A stretch of 64,000 nucleotides of DNA, taken from the NCBI GenBank assembly GCA_050183995.1, contig JBFXAT010000021.1, forward strand, positions 26 through 64,025. The letters are read 5' to 3'. The translations under genes were made by a program, and so were the position numbers. This document shows, piece after piece, positions 19,019-28,422 of the stretch. Origin of the DNA: Vicinamibacterales bacterium (GTDB taxonomy: Bacteria; Acidobacteriota; Vicinamibacteria; Vicinamibacterales; CAVVIG01). The notes under the pieces are model-generated. The model did not search any database. It worked only from the letters and a program-made list of their open reading frames with translations, and was not told where the DNA came from. Within the stretch, counting starts at the first letter, position 1. Each line of letters opens with the position of its first letter.

Positions 19019-20926
19019 TCAGCTTCGCGGCGCGACGATCGCGGGGTCGCCATCGATGAACGTCCGATGCCAGAGCTCCAGCATCAGCAGACTCCAGAGC
19101 CGGTCGTGGTGATCGCCACGGCGCGCGGCATGGTCGTCCAAGTATCGCCGCACGACCTCAGGCCGGAAGTAGCCTCGGGCGCGAGCGCGGTCGGACAGCA
19201 AGACGTCGTACGCCATCTCTCGAAGCTCATGGCGGAACCAATGGTCGATCGGAATCGCGAATCCCGCTTTCCGCCGCCGAAGCACCGGCTTCGGCAGGAT
19301 GCCCTTCATGATCCGCTTCAAGAGGTACTTCTGTACCACCCCGTGCTGCTTCATGCCGGCGGGAAGGCTCGCGGCGAACTCGACCACCTTGTGATCGAGG
19401 AATGGCGATCGCACCTCGAGGGAGTGCGCCATGCTTGCGATGTCCATCTTGACGAGCAGATCGTCGGGCAGGTACAGCTGCAGGTCCACGTGAGCGCTCT
19501 GCTCCTGAACGGTCGGCGCATCCGACCGCTCGTAGGCCTCGTTCAACAGCGCGAACGAATCGTGGCCCTCCGTCGCGGCGGCGAACGCCGGCGTATACAA
19601 CCCGTCCTTCCATCCGTCGTCGAACGTCAGCCACCGCATGTAGCGGAGTCTCGGCTCCAGCAGCAGAGCCGCCGCCAGCCGCCCGAGCCGAGCGCTCGAC
19701 GAGCGAGGCCCGCCCTTTGGCAAGTGGACGGAGAGTCGGCCCAACAGCTGGCGGATCGCACGCGGGACGAGGTCCAGGCGGGCCGCCAACGCGACGGCCA
19801 GATATCGCTGGTATCCGAGAAAGCACTCGTCCCCGCCATCTCCGTTCAGGGCCACCGTCACGGACGAGCGGGCGAGCGCACTGACGGCGAACGAAGGAAC
19901 CGCGGAGGAGTCGGCAAAGGGTTCATCGTAGTGCCACGCGAGGCGCGGCAGCATCGACGTCGCGTCCGGCCGGACGACGAGCTCGTGATGTTCGGTCTCG
20001 AATCGCTCCGCGACCATCCGCGCGTACCGTCTTTCGTCGTAGTCGCTGCGATCCGATCCTATCGAGAAGGTACGAACGGGACCCGACGTCAGCCGCCGCA
20101 TCAGTGCGACGATCACACTCGAATCGAGGCCGCCGCTCAACAGCGCTCCGAGCGGCACGTCGCTGATCATGCGCAGCGACACGGACTCCTGCAGAAGCGC
20201 TTCCAGTTCCTCGCCCAGCGCGTCCACCGTTCCACGCCGCTTCGGGAGATAACGCAGGGTCCAGTACTGGTGCAGGCTCACCTGGCCGCGCTGGGCAATG
20301 AGGTAGTGGCCCGGCGGCAGCTTGCGCCATCCCTCGAATGCGCAGAGCGGCGCCGGCACGTAGCCGTAAGTGAGGAAGTGGTGGATCGCTTCGTGATTCG
20401 GCTTCCGCGGAACAACGGGATCCTGCAGAAGAGCCTTGGCTTCCGAGGCGAACACGAGCTGGTTCGCGTCCTGATAGTAGACCAGGGGCTTCTTGCCCAG
20501 CCGATCGCGCGCGAGCAGCAGCCTGCCTCGGGGAGCGTCCCAGATCGCGAACGCGAACATGCCGCGCAGCCGGCCTAGGCAGTCGACCCCCTCTTCTTCG
20601 TACAGACGCAGCAGCGTTTCGGTGTCGGTCGTCGAGCGGAACCGGTGTCCCTTGCGCTCGAGATAGCGTCTGATCTCCTGGAAGTTGTAGATCTCGCCGT
20701 TGTACGCGATGTGGATCGACCCATCGTCGTTCGCCATCGGCTGATGGCCGCGCTCGGAGAGGTCCAGAATCGCGAGCCGCCGGCAGCCGAGGCCAATCCC
20801 CCCGTCTGTCCACACGCCACCATCGTCGGGTCCGCGATGCCTGATCTGCTCGGCCATCCGCAGGAGCAGCGGTGCGTCGACAGGAGTCTGCCGATCGAAT
20901 GCGAGCTTACCGACGATGCCGCACAT
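19019..20926 (-). CDS. Asparagine synthase (glutamine-hydrolysing) family amidotransferase
   Basis: 'MCGIVG' Ntn-Cys start, 'AYNGEIYNF', 'LSGGLDSS' PP-loop. Located in the glycan locus. Confidence 0.9.
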   Translation of the reverse strand: MCGIVGKLAFDRQTPVDAPLLLRMAEQIRHRGPDDGGVWTDGGIGLGCRRLAILDLSERGHQPMANDDGSIHIAYNGEIYNFQEIRRYLERKGHRFRSTTDTETLLRLYEEEGVDCLGRLRGMFAFAIWDAPRGRLLLARDRLGKKPLVYYQDANQLVFASEAKALLQDPVVPRKPNHEAIHHFLTYGYVPAPLCAFEGWRKLPPGHYLIAQRGQVSLHQYWTLRYLPKRRGTVDALGEELEALLQESVSLRMISDVPLGALLSGGLDSSVIVALMRRLTSGPVRTFSIGSDRSDYDERRYARMVAERFETEHHELVVRPDATSMLPRLAWHYDEPFADSSAVPSFAVSALARSSVTVALNGDGGDECFLGYQRYLAVALAARLDLVPRAIRQLLGRLSVHLPKGGPRSSSARLGRLAAALLLEPRLRYMRWLTFDDGWKDGLYTPAFAAATEGHDSFALLNEAYERSDAPTVQEQSAHVDLQLYLPDDLLVKMDIASMAHSLEVRSPFLDHKVVEFAASLPAGMKQHGVVQKYLLKRIMKGILPKPVLRRRKAGFAIPIDHWFRHELREMAYDVLLSDRARARGYFRPEVVRRYLDDHAARRGDHHDRLWSLLMLELWHRTFIDGDPAIVAPRS

Positions 20927-21001
20927 GGAGCGATTCGAGGCCTGAAAGGCACGCCGCGAGACGGGGAATCGTCACGTCGCTGGCGCGATTCGACACAGCA
21001 G

Positions 21002-23506
21002 TCACTGCAGGGGCCGTTCGCTCTCGGAGGCACCCGAGAAGCCGGGCCACTCTTCGAGGGCGCTGTGTCGCCCTCGCTTCGCGGCGATGGCACGCAGATA
21101 CAGTCCGGACATCTCTGAGACGAGCCGTTCGAGGGAGAAGCGTCTCGCCATTTCCTCGCGGCCGGCAGCTCCGAACCGCTGACGTTCGGCGGGATCGCGC
21201 GCCAGGCGCAGCATGGCGCCGGCCAGCGCCTCGAGGCCGTGAGACGGCACGATCAGGCCGGTCGCGCCATCGCGGACGACGTCCACCACGCCGCCCACGG
21301 CGGTCGCCACCACCGGCCTGGCTGCGGCCAACGCCTCGATCAACGCCATGGGCGTGCCTTCGTTGCGGGAGGTGAGCACGCACACATCCATCGCGCCGTA
21401 GACCGCTTCCAGATTGCGCTGCCACCCGGTGAATCGCACGAGCGGACCGAGCGCCAGCTCGCGCACGAGGGACCCGAGCGAGTCCCGAAGCTCTCCGTCG
21501 CCGACCAGCATCAGGCGCGCGCGCGGCACGCTCACCGCCACCCGGGCAAAAGCCCGGATCAGCAGCGGAAGGTTCTTGATGGGCGCCAACCGTCCCACAT
21601 ACCCGAAGACGATATCCTCCGGCGCATACCCGAGCTCCTGCCGGAGAGCGGTATCGCGCTCGAGCGTCAGGAGCGAATCGAGGTCGATCCCGAGCTCGAC
21701 GACCTCGGTTTTCGCCTCGGGCGCAATGCCGTATCGCTGGCAGATGTCGTGCCGCTGGCTCGCCGAAATAGTCACGATCCGATCCGAGATCAGCGCCATG
21801 GCCTGCTCGACCTTCTTCACCACCGCGCTGGCCACAGGGCCGAAATATCCACTGAACACATGCCCGTGGAAGGTGTGGATGACGACGCATCGGCGGTGAC
21901 GCCGGCGCGTGACATTGAAGGTCAAGGCTGCCAACCGGCCCAGGGTGCCCGCCTTGGCGGTGTGCGTATGGACCACGTCGGGCCGTTCGCGATACATCAG
22001 ACGCACCAGGCGGTAGAGCGCTTCCAGATCGTCCCATGGCCGGATCTGTCGGCCGAGCTGGGGAATCTTGATCACGCGATACCGCCGCTTGTTCGCGAGA
22101 TATTCGAGGCTGCCCTCTCCGAGATCGACGCTTCCGTGCACGAGCAGTGGTTCGAATCCGCGCCCCTTGAGCTCGTCGCTCAGCACGACCGCGTGATGCG
22201 CGGGACCACCGACGTTGAGCCGTGCGATGACGCCAATCGTTCGTAGTGGCCGGCGTCCGGCGCGCTCGGCCCACTCGTGTGAGGCCGGCAGACGTCGGCG
22301 CTCCACCAGCGCCCGCAGATACAGGCGGTTCGCGTCGGACGCGAGCCGCGACGCGCCGAACCGTGCGCCAATCGACCGGCGAGCCGCCTGGCCGAATTCC
22401 CGACGCCGGCTCTCCGATTCACCCAGGCCCCGCATGGCGTCCGCGAGCGCGGCCACGTCGCCAGGCGGCACGACCACTCCGGTACAGCCCTGCGTGACGA
22501 CGTCCTCCACACCGCCGACTGCGGTGGCGATCACCGGTTTCCCCGCCGCCATCGCTTCGATCAACGCCACTGGCGTCCCTTCGTTGCGAGAGCTGAGCAC
22601 GCAGGCGTCCATCGCACCGTAGACGGCCGAGAGATCGTGGCGCCAGCCGGCGAAGCGCACGCGGTCCCCCAGCCCGAGCTCTGCGGCGAACGCCTCGAGC
22701 GCGTGCCTCAACTCCCCGTCGCCGACCAACATCAGGCGCGCGTTGGGTATGTCGGCGACAATGCGGGCAAACGCCTGGAGAAGGGTCGGCAGGTCCTTGA
22801 TCGGCACCAGCCTGCCGACGTAGCCGAACACGACGTGTTCCAGCCCGAATCCGAGCTCCCGCCGCAGGCTGGTCTCGCTTTCGAGCGTGAGCAGCGTGTC
22901 GAGATTCAGCCCGAGCTCGATCACCTCCGTCTTCCAGGGAGGCGCCACGCCGAACCGCTGGCAGATCTCCTCCCGCTGAATATTCGAGATCGCCACGATC
23001 CGATCACTGGCACCCGCCAGCGCGCGCTCGATCCAGCGCACGACCCGGCTGACGACAGGCGTGAAGTAGCCGGTGAAGACGTGCCCGTGAAACGTGTGAA
23101 TGATCGCGCAGCGCCGCTCGCGCCGGCGCGTCGCGTTGAAGACGGTGGCGACCACGCGTCCAAGGGCGCCGGCCTTCGCAGTGTGCGTGTGGACGATGTC
23201 CGGCTGCTCGCGGAAAATGAGGCGCGTGAGCGCCCACAGCGCGCGGAGATCGCCCCATGCGCTGATGCGCCGGCCGAGCCAGGGCACTTTGACCGCCCGC
23301 AACCCGTTCGCGGCAACGAGGTCCTCGAGGCTGCCTTCATCCGGCCCGACCGATCCGTAGACCAGGAGCGATTCGACGTTGTGACGCTGCAGCCCCGCGC
23401 CAAGCACGATGGCGTGCCGTGCCGGTCCTCCGACGTTGAGCCGCGCGATGATCCGGAGCACCCGCACCGGCCGTCCTTCGGCGTGGTTCGGAGCGGGCAG
23501 CGTCAC
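21002..23506 (-). CDS. Tandem double GT4 glycosyltransferase (two complete GT-B modules in one 834-aa protein)
   Basis: Two paralogous halves align along their full length (e.g. 'IARLNVGGPA.HA', 'VHTHTAKAG.LGR', 'IHTFHGHVF.GYF', 'MLVGDGELR', 'SRNEGTP.ALIEA'). GTG start overlaps the upstream stop (GTGA). Confidence 0.85.
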   Translation of the reverse strand: MTLPAPNHAEGRPVRVLRIIARLNVGGPARHAIVLGAGLQRHNVESLLVYGSVGPDEGSLEDLVAANGLRAVKVPWLGRRISAWGDLRALWALTRLIFREQPDIVHTHTAKAGALGRVVATVFNATRRRERRCAIIHTFHGHVFTGYFTPVVSRVVRWIERALAGASDRIVAISNIQREEICQRFGVAPPWKTEVIELGLNLDTLLTLESETSLRRELGFGLEHVVFGYVGRLVPIKDLPTLLQAFARIVADIPNARLMLVGDGELRHALEAFAAELGLGDRVRFAGWRHDLSAVYGAMDACVLSSRNEGTPVALIEAMAAGKPVIATAVGGVEDVVTQGCTGVVVPPGDVAALADAMRGLGESESRRREFGQAARRSIGARFGASRLASDANRLYLRALVERRRLPASHEWAERAGRRPLRTIGVIARLNVGGPAHHAVVLSDELKGRGFEPLLVHGSVDLGEGSLEYLANKRRYRVIKIPQLGRQIRPWDDLEALYRLVRLMYRERPDVVHTHTAKAGTLGRLAALTFNVTRRRHRRCVVIHTFHGHVFSGYFGPVASAVVKKVEQAMALISDRIVTISASQRHDICQRYGIAPEAKTEVVELGIDLDSLLTLERDTALRQELGYAPEDIVFGYVGRLAPIKNLPLLIRAFARVAVSVPRARLMLVGDGELRDSLGSLVRELALGPLVRFTGWQRNLEAVYGAMDVCVLTSRNEGTPMALIEALAAARPVVATAVGGVVDVVRDGATGLIVPSHGLEALAGAMLRLARDPAERQRFGAAGREEMARRFSLERLVSEMSGLYLRAIAAKRGRHSALEEWPGFSGASESERPLQ

Positions 23507-24648
23507 AGGGCGGCTCTTTCCACCGCGGCGGCGAACAGTCGGGCGATCAGCGCTTCGGTGTCCATCACCATCGTCGACGACGAGAACTGCCGCTCGGCCT
23601 TGGCGCGTGCGGCGGCTCCCGCGCGCGCGCGGAGATCGGGCGAGCGCAGCAGCTCCGCGAGGCGCGAGGCAGTACCCACCACGTCGCCCGGCCGGACCAG
23701 CCAGCCACTGTCCCCATCGTCGATCGCTTCGGGAGTGCCGCCGACTGCGGTCGCGACGACCGGCAATCCGCAGGCCATCGCTTCGATGACGGCGTTCGGC
23801 ATGCCCGAGAACAGCGCGGGGTGCACGCTCACCATCAGCGTTCTGAGGAAGGCGATCGGGTCGGACACATGCCCCACGAACTCGACCCGGTGACCGATCC
23901 CGAGCCGATCGATCTTACGGCGCAGCGCGGGCTCCGTCGGCCCGGCTCCGGCGAACACGCACGTCCATGGCTCCGCACACATCGAATCCAGGAGGGCGAG
24001 CGCATCGAGAAACCAGTCCTGACCGTTGCACTCGCGCAGCCGAGCGAGCACGCCGATGCGCGGCTGCGTGGCGGGAGCGCCGGGGCTGTACGCCGTCGTG
24101 TCCAAGCCGTTGTAGATCAGGGTGATCCGATTCTCCGGCAAGCCCAGCTCGGCGGACCAGAAACCGCGGCCCTGGACCGAGTTCACCGTGATGGCATCGG
24201 CCCATCGCGTCGTGCCGCGATCCACCAGCACGCGCCATCGGGCATCGAGACCCGCGGACCGTTCGCTGCTGACCACCCGGGGGACCGCGCCGGTGCGCCG
24301 CATCAGCCGTCCCGCGATGTTCGCATGGAACATGTACGTGATGAGCACGTCTTGCGGATGGCTTCTGAGCCACCGGTAGAGCCTGCCGAGCTGCCGGATT
24401 CTGGGGCGCGTGCCTTCGTCGAGGATGACCACGGGAACGCCGGCTTCGTCCAGTTCGCGCGCAAGATTGCCGCGACCGCGAACGATCGCCACCACGATCG
24501 GCTCGAACCTGGCCGGATCCATGGCCATGGCGGTCCGCAGCACCACCCGTTCGGCGCCGCTCACATCGCACGTCGGCAGCAGGAACGCGACGCGAATCCG
24601 TCGGGCGATCAGTGTCGCCGGCCGAATGGCGGAACGCGCCACACTCAC
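23503..24648 (-). CDS. GT4-family glycosyltransferase
   Basis: 'LLPTCDVSGAERVV', 'FSGMPNAVIEAMACGLPVVATAVGG'. GTGA overlap with the upstream gene. Confidence 0.85.
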   Translation of the reverse strand: MSVARSAIRPATLIARRIRVAFLLPTCDVSGAERVVLRTAMAMDPARFEPIVVAIVRGRGNLARELDEAGVPVVILDEGTRPRIRQLGRLYRWLRSHPQDVLITYMFHANIAGRLMRRTGAVPRVVSSERSAGLDARWRVLVDRGTTRWADAITVNSVQGRGFWSAELGLPENRITLIYNGLDTTAYSPGAPATQPRIGVLARLRECNGQDWFLDALALLDSMCAEPWTCVFAGAGPTEPALRRKIDRLGIGHRVEFVGHVSDPIAFLRTLMVSVHPALFSGMPNAVIEAMACGLPVVATAVGGTPEAIDDGDSGWLVRPGDVVGTASRLAELLRSPDLRARAGAAARAKAERQFSSSTMVMDTEALIARLFAAAVERAAL

Positions 24649-25748
24649 CGTGCGGCTCCCACGTCTTCACCCAGCAGGTCGTCCCACGCGGCGAAGATGC
24701 GCTCCGGAGCCCACCGCGTCACATGACGGCGCGCCGCCTCTCCGAGCGCGACTCTGCACGCCGGGTCCATCATCAGCTCGGACAGTGCCTCCGCGAACCC
24801 CCGCACGCCTTCGCGCGGGTCGACGAGGCGCCCGGTTCGACCGTCCACGATCAGATCCTCGACACCGCTCACACCGGCGAAGCCCACGGCGGGCAGTCCG
24901 CAAGCGAGCCCCTCGGCCAGCGCATTGGGGAATCCTTCGTATCGAGATGGGAACGCAAGCAGGTGGGACGAGGCCAGTTCGCGCGCGACGTCGGTCACGA
25001 CCCCCGGCATGGCGACTCTTCCCTGGAGCCCATGCACCCGCACACGGCGGTCGAGCGCCTCGCGGTCGGAGCCCTCGCCGAGCACCACGAGATCCCACTC
25101 GGGCCGGTCGGCCGCCACCAGCGCGAACGCATCGATGAGATCCTGGTGTCCCTTCTGCGGCATCAACTTGCCTACCGACACGAGACGCATGCGGCGGTCA
25201 GCGCCAGGGACGTCAGGTCGCGCGACGACCGTCGACGCCGCGACCGGATTCGCGAGCACTCTGAGTTTTGGCCGGAGCGCCGGGGGAAAGTAGTCGGCGA
25301 CACGCTGCGTCGGCACGACAATCGTTCGAGCCAGCGTGTATGCCCGATCCCTGAGCAGGCTCTTCGTCCAACCGACGTGCTGGCGCGACGGATCGTTGCG
25401 CTCCGAGACGATGACCGGAACGCGGGATCCCAGCGCGCCGAGCAATGCCGTCACGTTCATCGTGTTCATGAAGCTGATGATCAGATCGGGCGCAACGCGT
25501 CGAATGGCGCGCCGGATGGTGGCCGGACGCGACAGCACGCGCAAGGCGCGGCGGACACCTCGGCCGCCGAGACGGTCGGCTCGCACGTACCGAATGGATT
25601 GGGGCAAGGCGTAGAAGGAAGACGCGTCGGGCGATTCCCACGTGAGAAGGGTCACATCGTGACTGGCGGCAAGGTGTGTCACGAGTCGCGACATCACCCG
25701 CTCGGCACCACCCGGCCCCATCGCCGGGATCAGGCACAAGAGACGCAT
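24645..25748 (-). CDS. GT4-family glycosyltransferase
   Basis: Start set at 'MRLLCLIPAMGPGGAERV' (25748) to avoid an 86-nt overlap. 'YEGFPNALAEGLACGLPAVGF'. Confidence 0.8.
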   Translation of the reverse strand: MRLLCLIPAMGPGGAERVMSRLVTHLAASHDVTLLTWESPDASSFYALPQSIRYVRADRLGGRGVRRALRVLSRPATIRRAIRRVAPDLIISFMNTMNVTALLGALGSRVPVIVSERNDPSRQHVGWTKSLLRDRAYTLARTIVVPTQRVADYFPPALRPKLRVLANPVAASTVVARPDVPGADRRMRLVSVGKLMPQKGHQDLIDAFALVAADRPEWDLVVLGEGSDREALDRRVRVHGLQGRVAMPGVVTDVARELASSHLLAFPSRYEGFPNALAEGLACGLPAVGFAGVSGVEDLIVDGRTGRLVDPREGVRGFAEALSELMMDPACRVALGEAARRHVTRWAPERIFAAWDDLLGEDVGAAR

Positions 25749-25785
25749 CGCGATCAGGCGGCGGCCGTGGCCAACAGCCACGGCA

Positions 25786-26913
25786 CTACGCGGCGGAGAG
25801 GCCCTCGAGCACGCGGCTGGCGCGCTGCTGCCACGTATGACGCGAGAGAAAGCCGGTGCGGGCAGCGGCACCGAGCCGCGCGCGCTCGCTCGGGTTCCCG
25901 ATCAGATCGCGCAAGGCGGCAGCCCAGGCCGCGGCGTCGGATGGCGGGAGCAGCACGCCATTTCGTCCGTGCTCGATCACCTCGCGCAGGACGGGAAGAT
26001 CCGAACAGAGGATCGGCTTGCCCGCCGCCATGTAGCCGAAGACTTTCAACGGAGACGTCCACGCGGCCGTCTCGCCTCCGCCCGCCGTACGCACCTCCAC
26101 TTGGTACGGCGCCAGCACCACGTCGAACGCCAGGGTCAAGCTGTCCACCTGCGCGGGCGGGACGAAGCCGTGCAGCCGTACATTCCCCGGTACCGTCGCA
26201 TCGGCCCGAAGCTGCGCCACGCTCGTGTGGTCTCCGCCCACGACGTGGAAATCGGCCGAGGGCACGCGTGCCGCGAGCTCGCGGACGATCTCGAACCCCT
26301 TGCCTTGGTACAGATGCCCCACGTAGCCGATTTGAGGCCTGCCCCTGGTGTCACCGAGGTCGGCCGGACCGGTCGCGTTGGACACCGGATCGGCGCCGTT
26401 GTGTGCGACCACGATCCGGTTCGCCAGCTCGGGCAATTCGCCGAGCGCGGCACGTCCGAGCGCGCCGCAGTTCACGGCGAGACGTCTGAAGGCCGCGGTG
26501 CGAATCATCCGCTCGAACAGCCAGCGCTGGTCTGCCTGACGCAGAAAGGTCGGCATGTGCGCGTCGAACGTCGTCGGCACCCCTGAGCCCGCCGCGACGA
26601 CGCAGGCGTGCAACGAGCGGCCGAACGCGGCGTCGACGCCCATCCGGCGCGCCGTTCGACCGGCCTCCCAGCCATAGGCGTACCCTCGGCCTTTGAAGCT
26701 GCGCCACGGGACCTTCCTCATCGCGAAGACAGGCTCCACGCCGTAGAAGCGGTACGGGTCGGCAACGTCCGGCTCGAGGCCAAGGCGCACGTCGGGAGCG
26801 ACGAGCGTCACCTCGTGCCCGAGGTGCGCGAAGGCCTGACACATCTTCATGACGTGGACGCTGTTGGCTTCTCTGGACGGGATCTTGGAGATCGAGAGAT
26901 ACGCGAGCTTCAT
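25786..26913 (-). CDS. GT4-family glycosyltransferase
   Basis: 'MKLAYLSISKIPSREANSVHVMKMCQAF'. C-terminal 'SPLKVFGYMAAGKPILCSDLPVLREV'. Confidence 0.8.
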   Translation of the reverse strand: MKLAYLSISKIPSREANSVHVMKMCQAFAHLGHEVTLVAPDVRLGLEPDVADPYRFYGVEPVFAMRKVPWRSFKGRGYAYGWEAGRTARRMGVDAAFGRSLHACVVAAGSGVPTTFDAHMPTFLRQADQRWLFERMIRTAAFRRLAVNCGALGRAALGELPELANRIVVAHNGADPVSNATGPADLGDTRGRPQIGYVGHLYQGKGFEIVRELAARVPSADFHVVGGDHTSVAQLRADATVPGNVRLHGFVPPAQVDSLTLAFDVVLAPYQVEVRTAGGGETAAWTSPLKVFGYMAAGKPILCSDLPVLREVIEHGRNGVLLPPSDAAAWAAALRDLIGNPSERARLGAAARTGFLSRHTWQQRASRVLEGLSAA

Positions 26914-26928
26914 GCGACTTCGAGAAGC

Positions 26929-28371
26929 CTACGTTCTACAAAACGTGTTCACGTAGTCCGGAAACCACGCCTGAGCCTGCACGGACGTCCACCACGTTTT
27001 CACCGAAACACCGTTCAGGAACTCGCCCGCGGATTCGGGCGTTCGATGAAGCAGGCCGATCGCGAAGAAGCGCCGATAGAACTGTTCTGCCAACGTGGTG
27101 AATACGGTCGATGGCGGCACGATGGCGACAACGGGCACACCTGCGGAGATGCACTCCATGAAGACCGTCGACGGAAACGAGTCGAGGATCACGAGCTCGG
27201 CGTCTCGAGCGAGCTGGGTCCACGGCGAGGTGCCCGCGTCGATGGCGAGGCCGGCGTTCCTGGCACGGTCACCGGCCTGACGCAATGGAGAGCCTCCCTT
27301 GTTCACACGTGGACGGATCACGATCTTGCGTGCGCGCGAATCACTCAGCACCGCTAGGAAACGGTCCTGCACGTCGAGGGTGTCTGGCACGAGCCACGGT
27401 AAGGGCTGGCGCACGTTGACATAGATCCATCGCGATGCCCCGGCCCGCGGACGAATCTCCTGCCCCACCGGCTTCATCAGGCGCAGAGCGACAAACGGGA
27501 CGTCCTTTGGACCGAGCGCCCAGCCCCAGGTGCAGAACCGATCGGCAAATATGGATTCCACGTGGTGGAACACGTGATGTTCGACCTCGCCGTACATCGC
27601 GGCATGCTGATACATCGTGAGCGTCGCGCCCTCCTCGACGTATCTAGCGATGACGAATTGACCCTCGACGGACGACAGAAAGGATGCGTGAAACGCCTTC
27701 TGTTCGGGATCGACAACCTGCACCCGTTCATCGCGTGCCAGAAAGTCCTCGACGAACCAGCGAGGAATCCAGTCGAGAGCGAGACGGGCCAGAGGCCAAT
27801 CCACGGTGGTCGCGATCTCCTGCAGAACGGCGCGCTTCGCCACATCATCGTTCAGCCGCCCCCGAAGCGCTTCCGGCTTCAGCCAGCAGGCGGGCTGGGG
27901 CACCTGGCCCGCGATGACATGAAAGTGGTGGAAGCCGTGGAGCACCGATCGACTGCCGCTCACGGGTGTTCGTTGGAGCCCCTTCAGGCGCGCTCGCTCG
28001 CGAAAGGCGGCCGGCGTCACGGAAGTCCAGGTCAGGCGGTTGCGAACCGCACGGAAGCGGGTTCCCCCTCGAGCGCGCGACTCCGATGCCGTGTCGTCGC
28101 CAACTCTGGGACCGAGGACGGCCTCGTCACTGAGAACGGTGCGCGGGGCCTCGCGCGGCGGCAGCCCGGCACGATCGACGATGAGGCACTTGGACAGATA
28201 GCGGTAGAGCAGGATCGCCCAGAATCGTCGCGATCGGCTGACGCCATGCAGAGCGTTGAGGTGGGGATACACCGCATCGAGGAGCCGATCGAACCGGACC
28301 GTCGCCAGCTGTTCCTGATCCGGAGGCAACACGGTCGGAGCACTCATCGGGCGGTCGGACGGCGATGACAT
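26929..28371 (-). CDS. Uncharacterised glycan-locus protein (possibly LIC12162-type putative transferase)
   Basis: 480 aa. 'MYQHAAMYGEVEHHVFHHVESIFADRFCTWGWA' resembles my memory of the TIGR04331 family. Unverified. Confidence 0.6.
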   Translation of the reverse strand: MSSPSDRPMSAPTVLPPDQEQLATVRFDRLLDAVYPHLNALHGVSRSRRFWAILLYRYLSKCLIVDRAGLPPREAPRTVLSDEAVLGPRVGDDTASESRARGGTRFRAVRNRLTWTSVTPAAFRERARLKGLQRTPVSGSRSVLHGFHHFHVIAGQVPQPACWLKPEALRGRLNDDVAKRAVLQEIATTVDWPLARLALDWIPRWFVEDFLARDERVQVVDPEQKAFHASFLSSVEGQFVIARYVEEGATLTMYQHAAMYGEVEHHVFHHVESIFADRFCTWGWALGPKDVPFVALRLMKPVGQEIRPRAGASRWIYVNVRQPLPWLVPDTLDVQDRFLAVLSDSRARKIVIRPRVNKGGSPLRQAGDRARNAGLAIDAGTSPWTQLARDAELVILDSFPSTVFMECISAGVPVVAIVPPSTVFTTLAEQFYRRFFAIGLLHRTPESAGEFLNGVSVKTWWTSVQAQAWFPDYVNTFCRT

Positions 28372-28422
28372 TTGTGCTGGAGTGCAGGTGATGCGCGATG
28401 CGGTGCGTTCTTCAGCAGCCTG

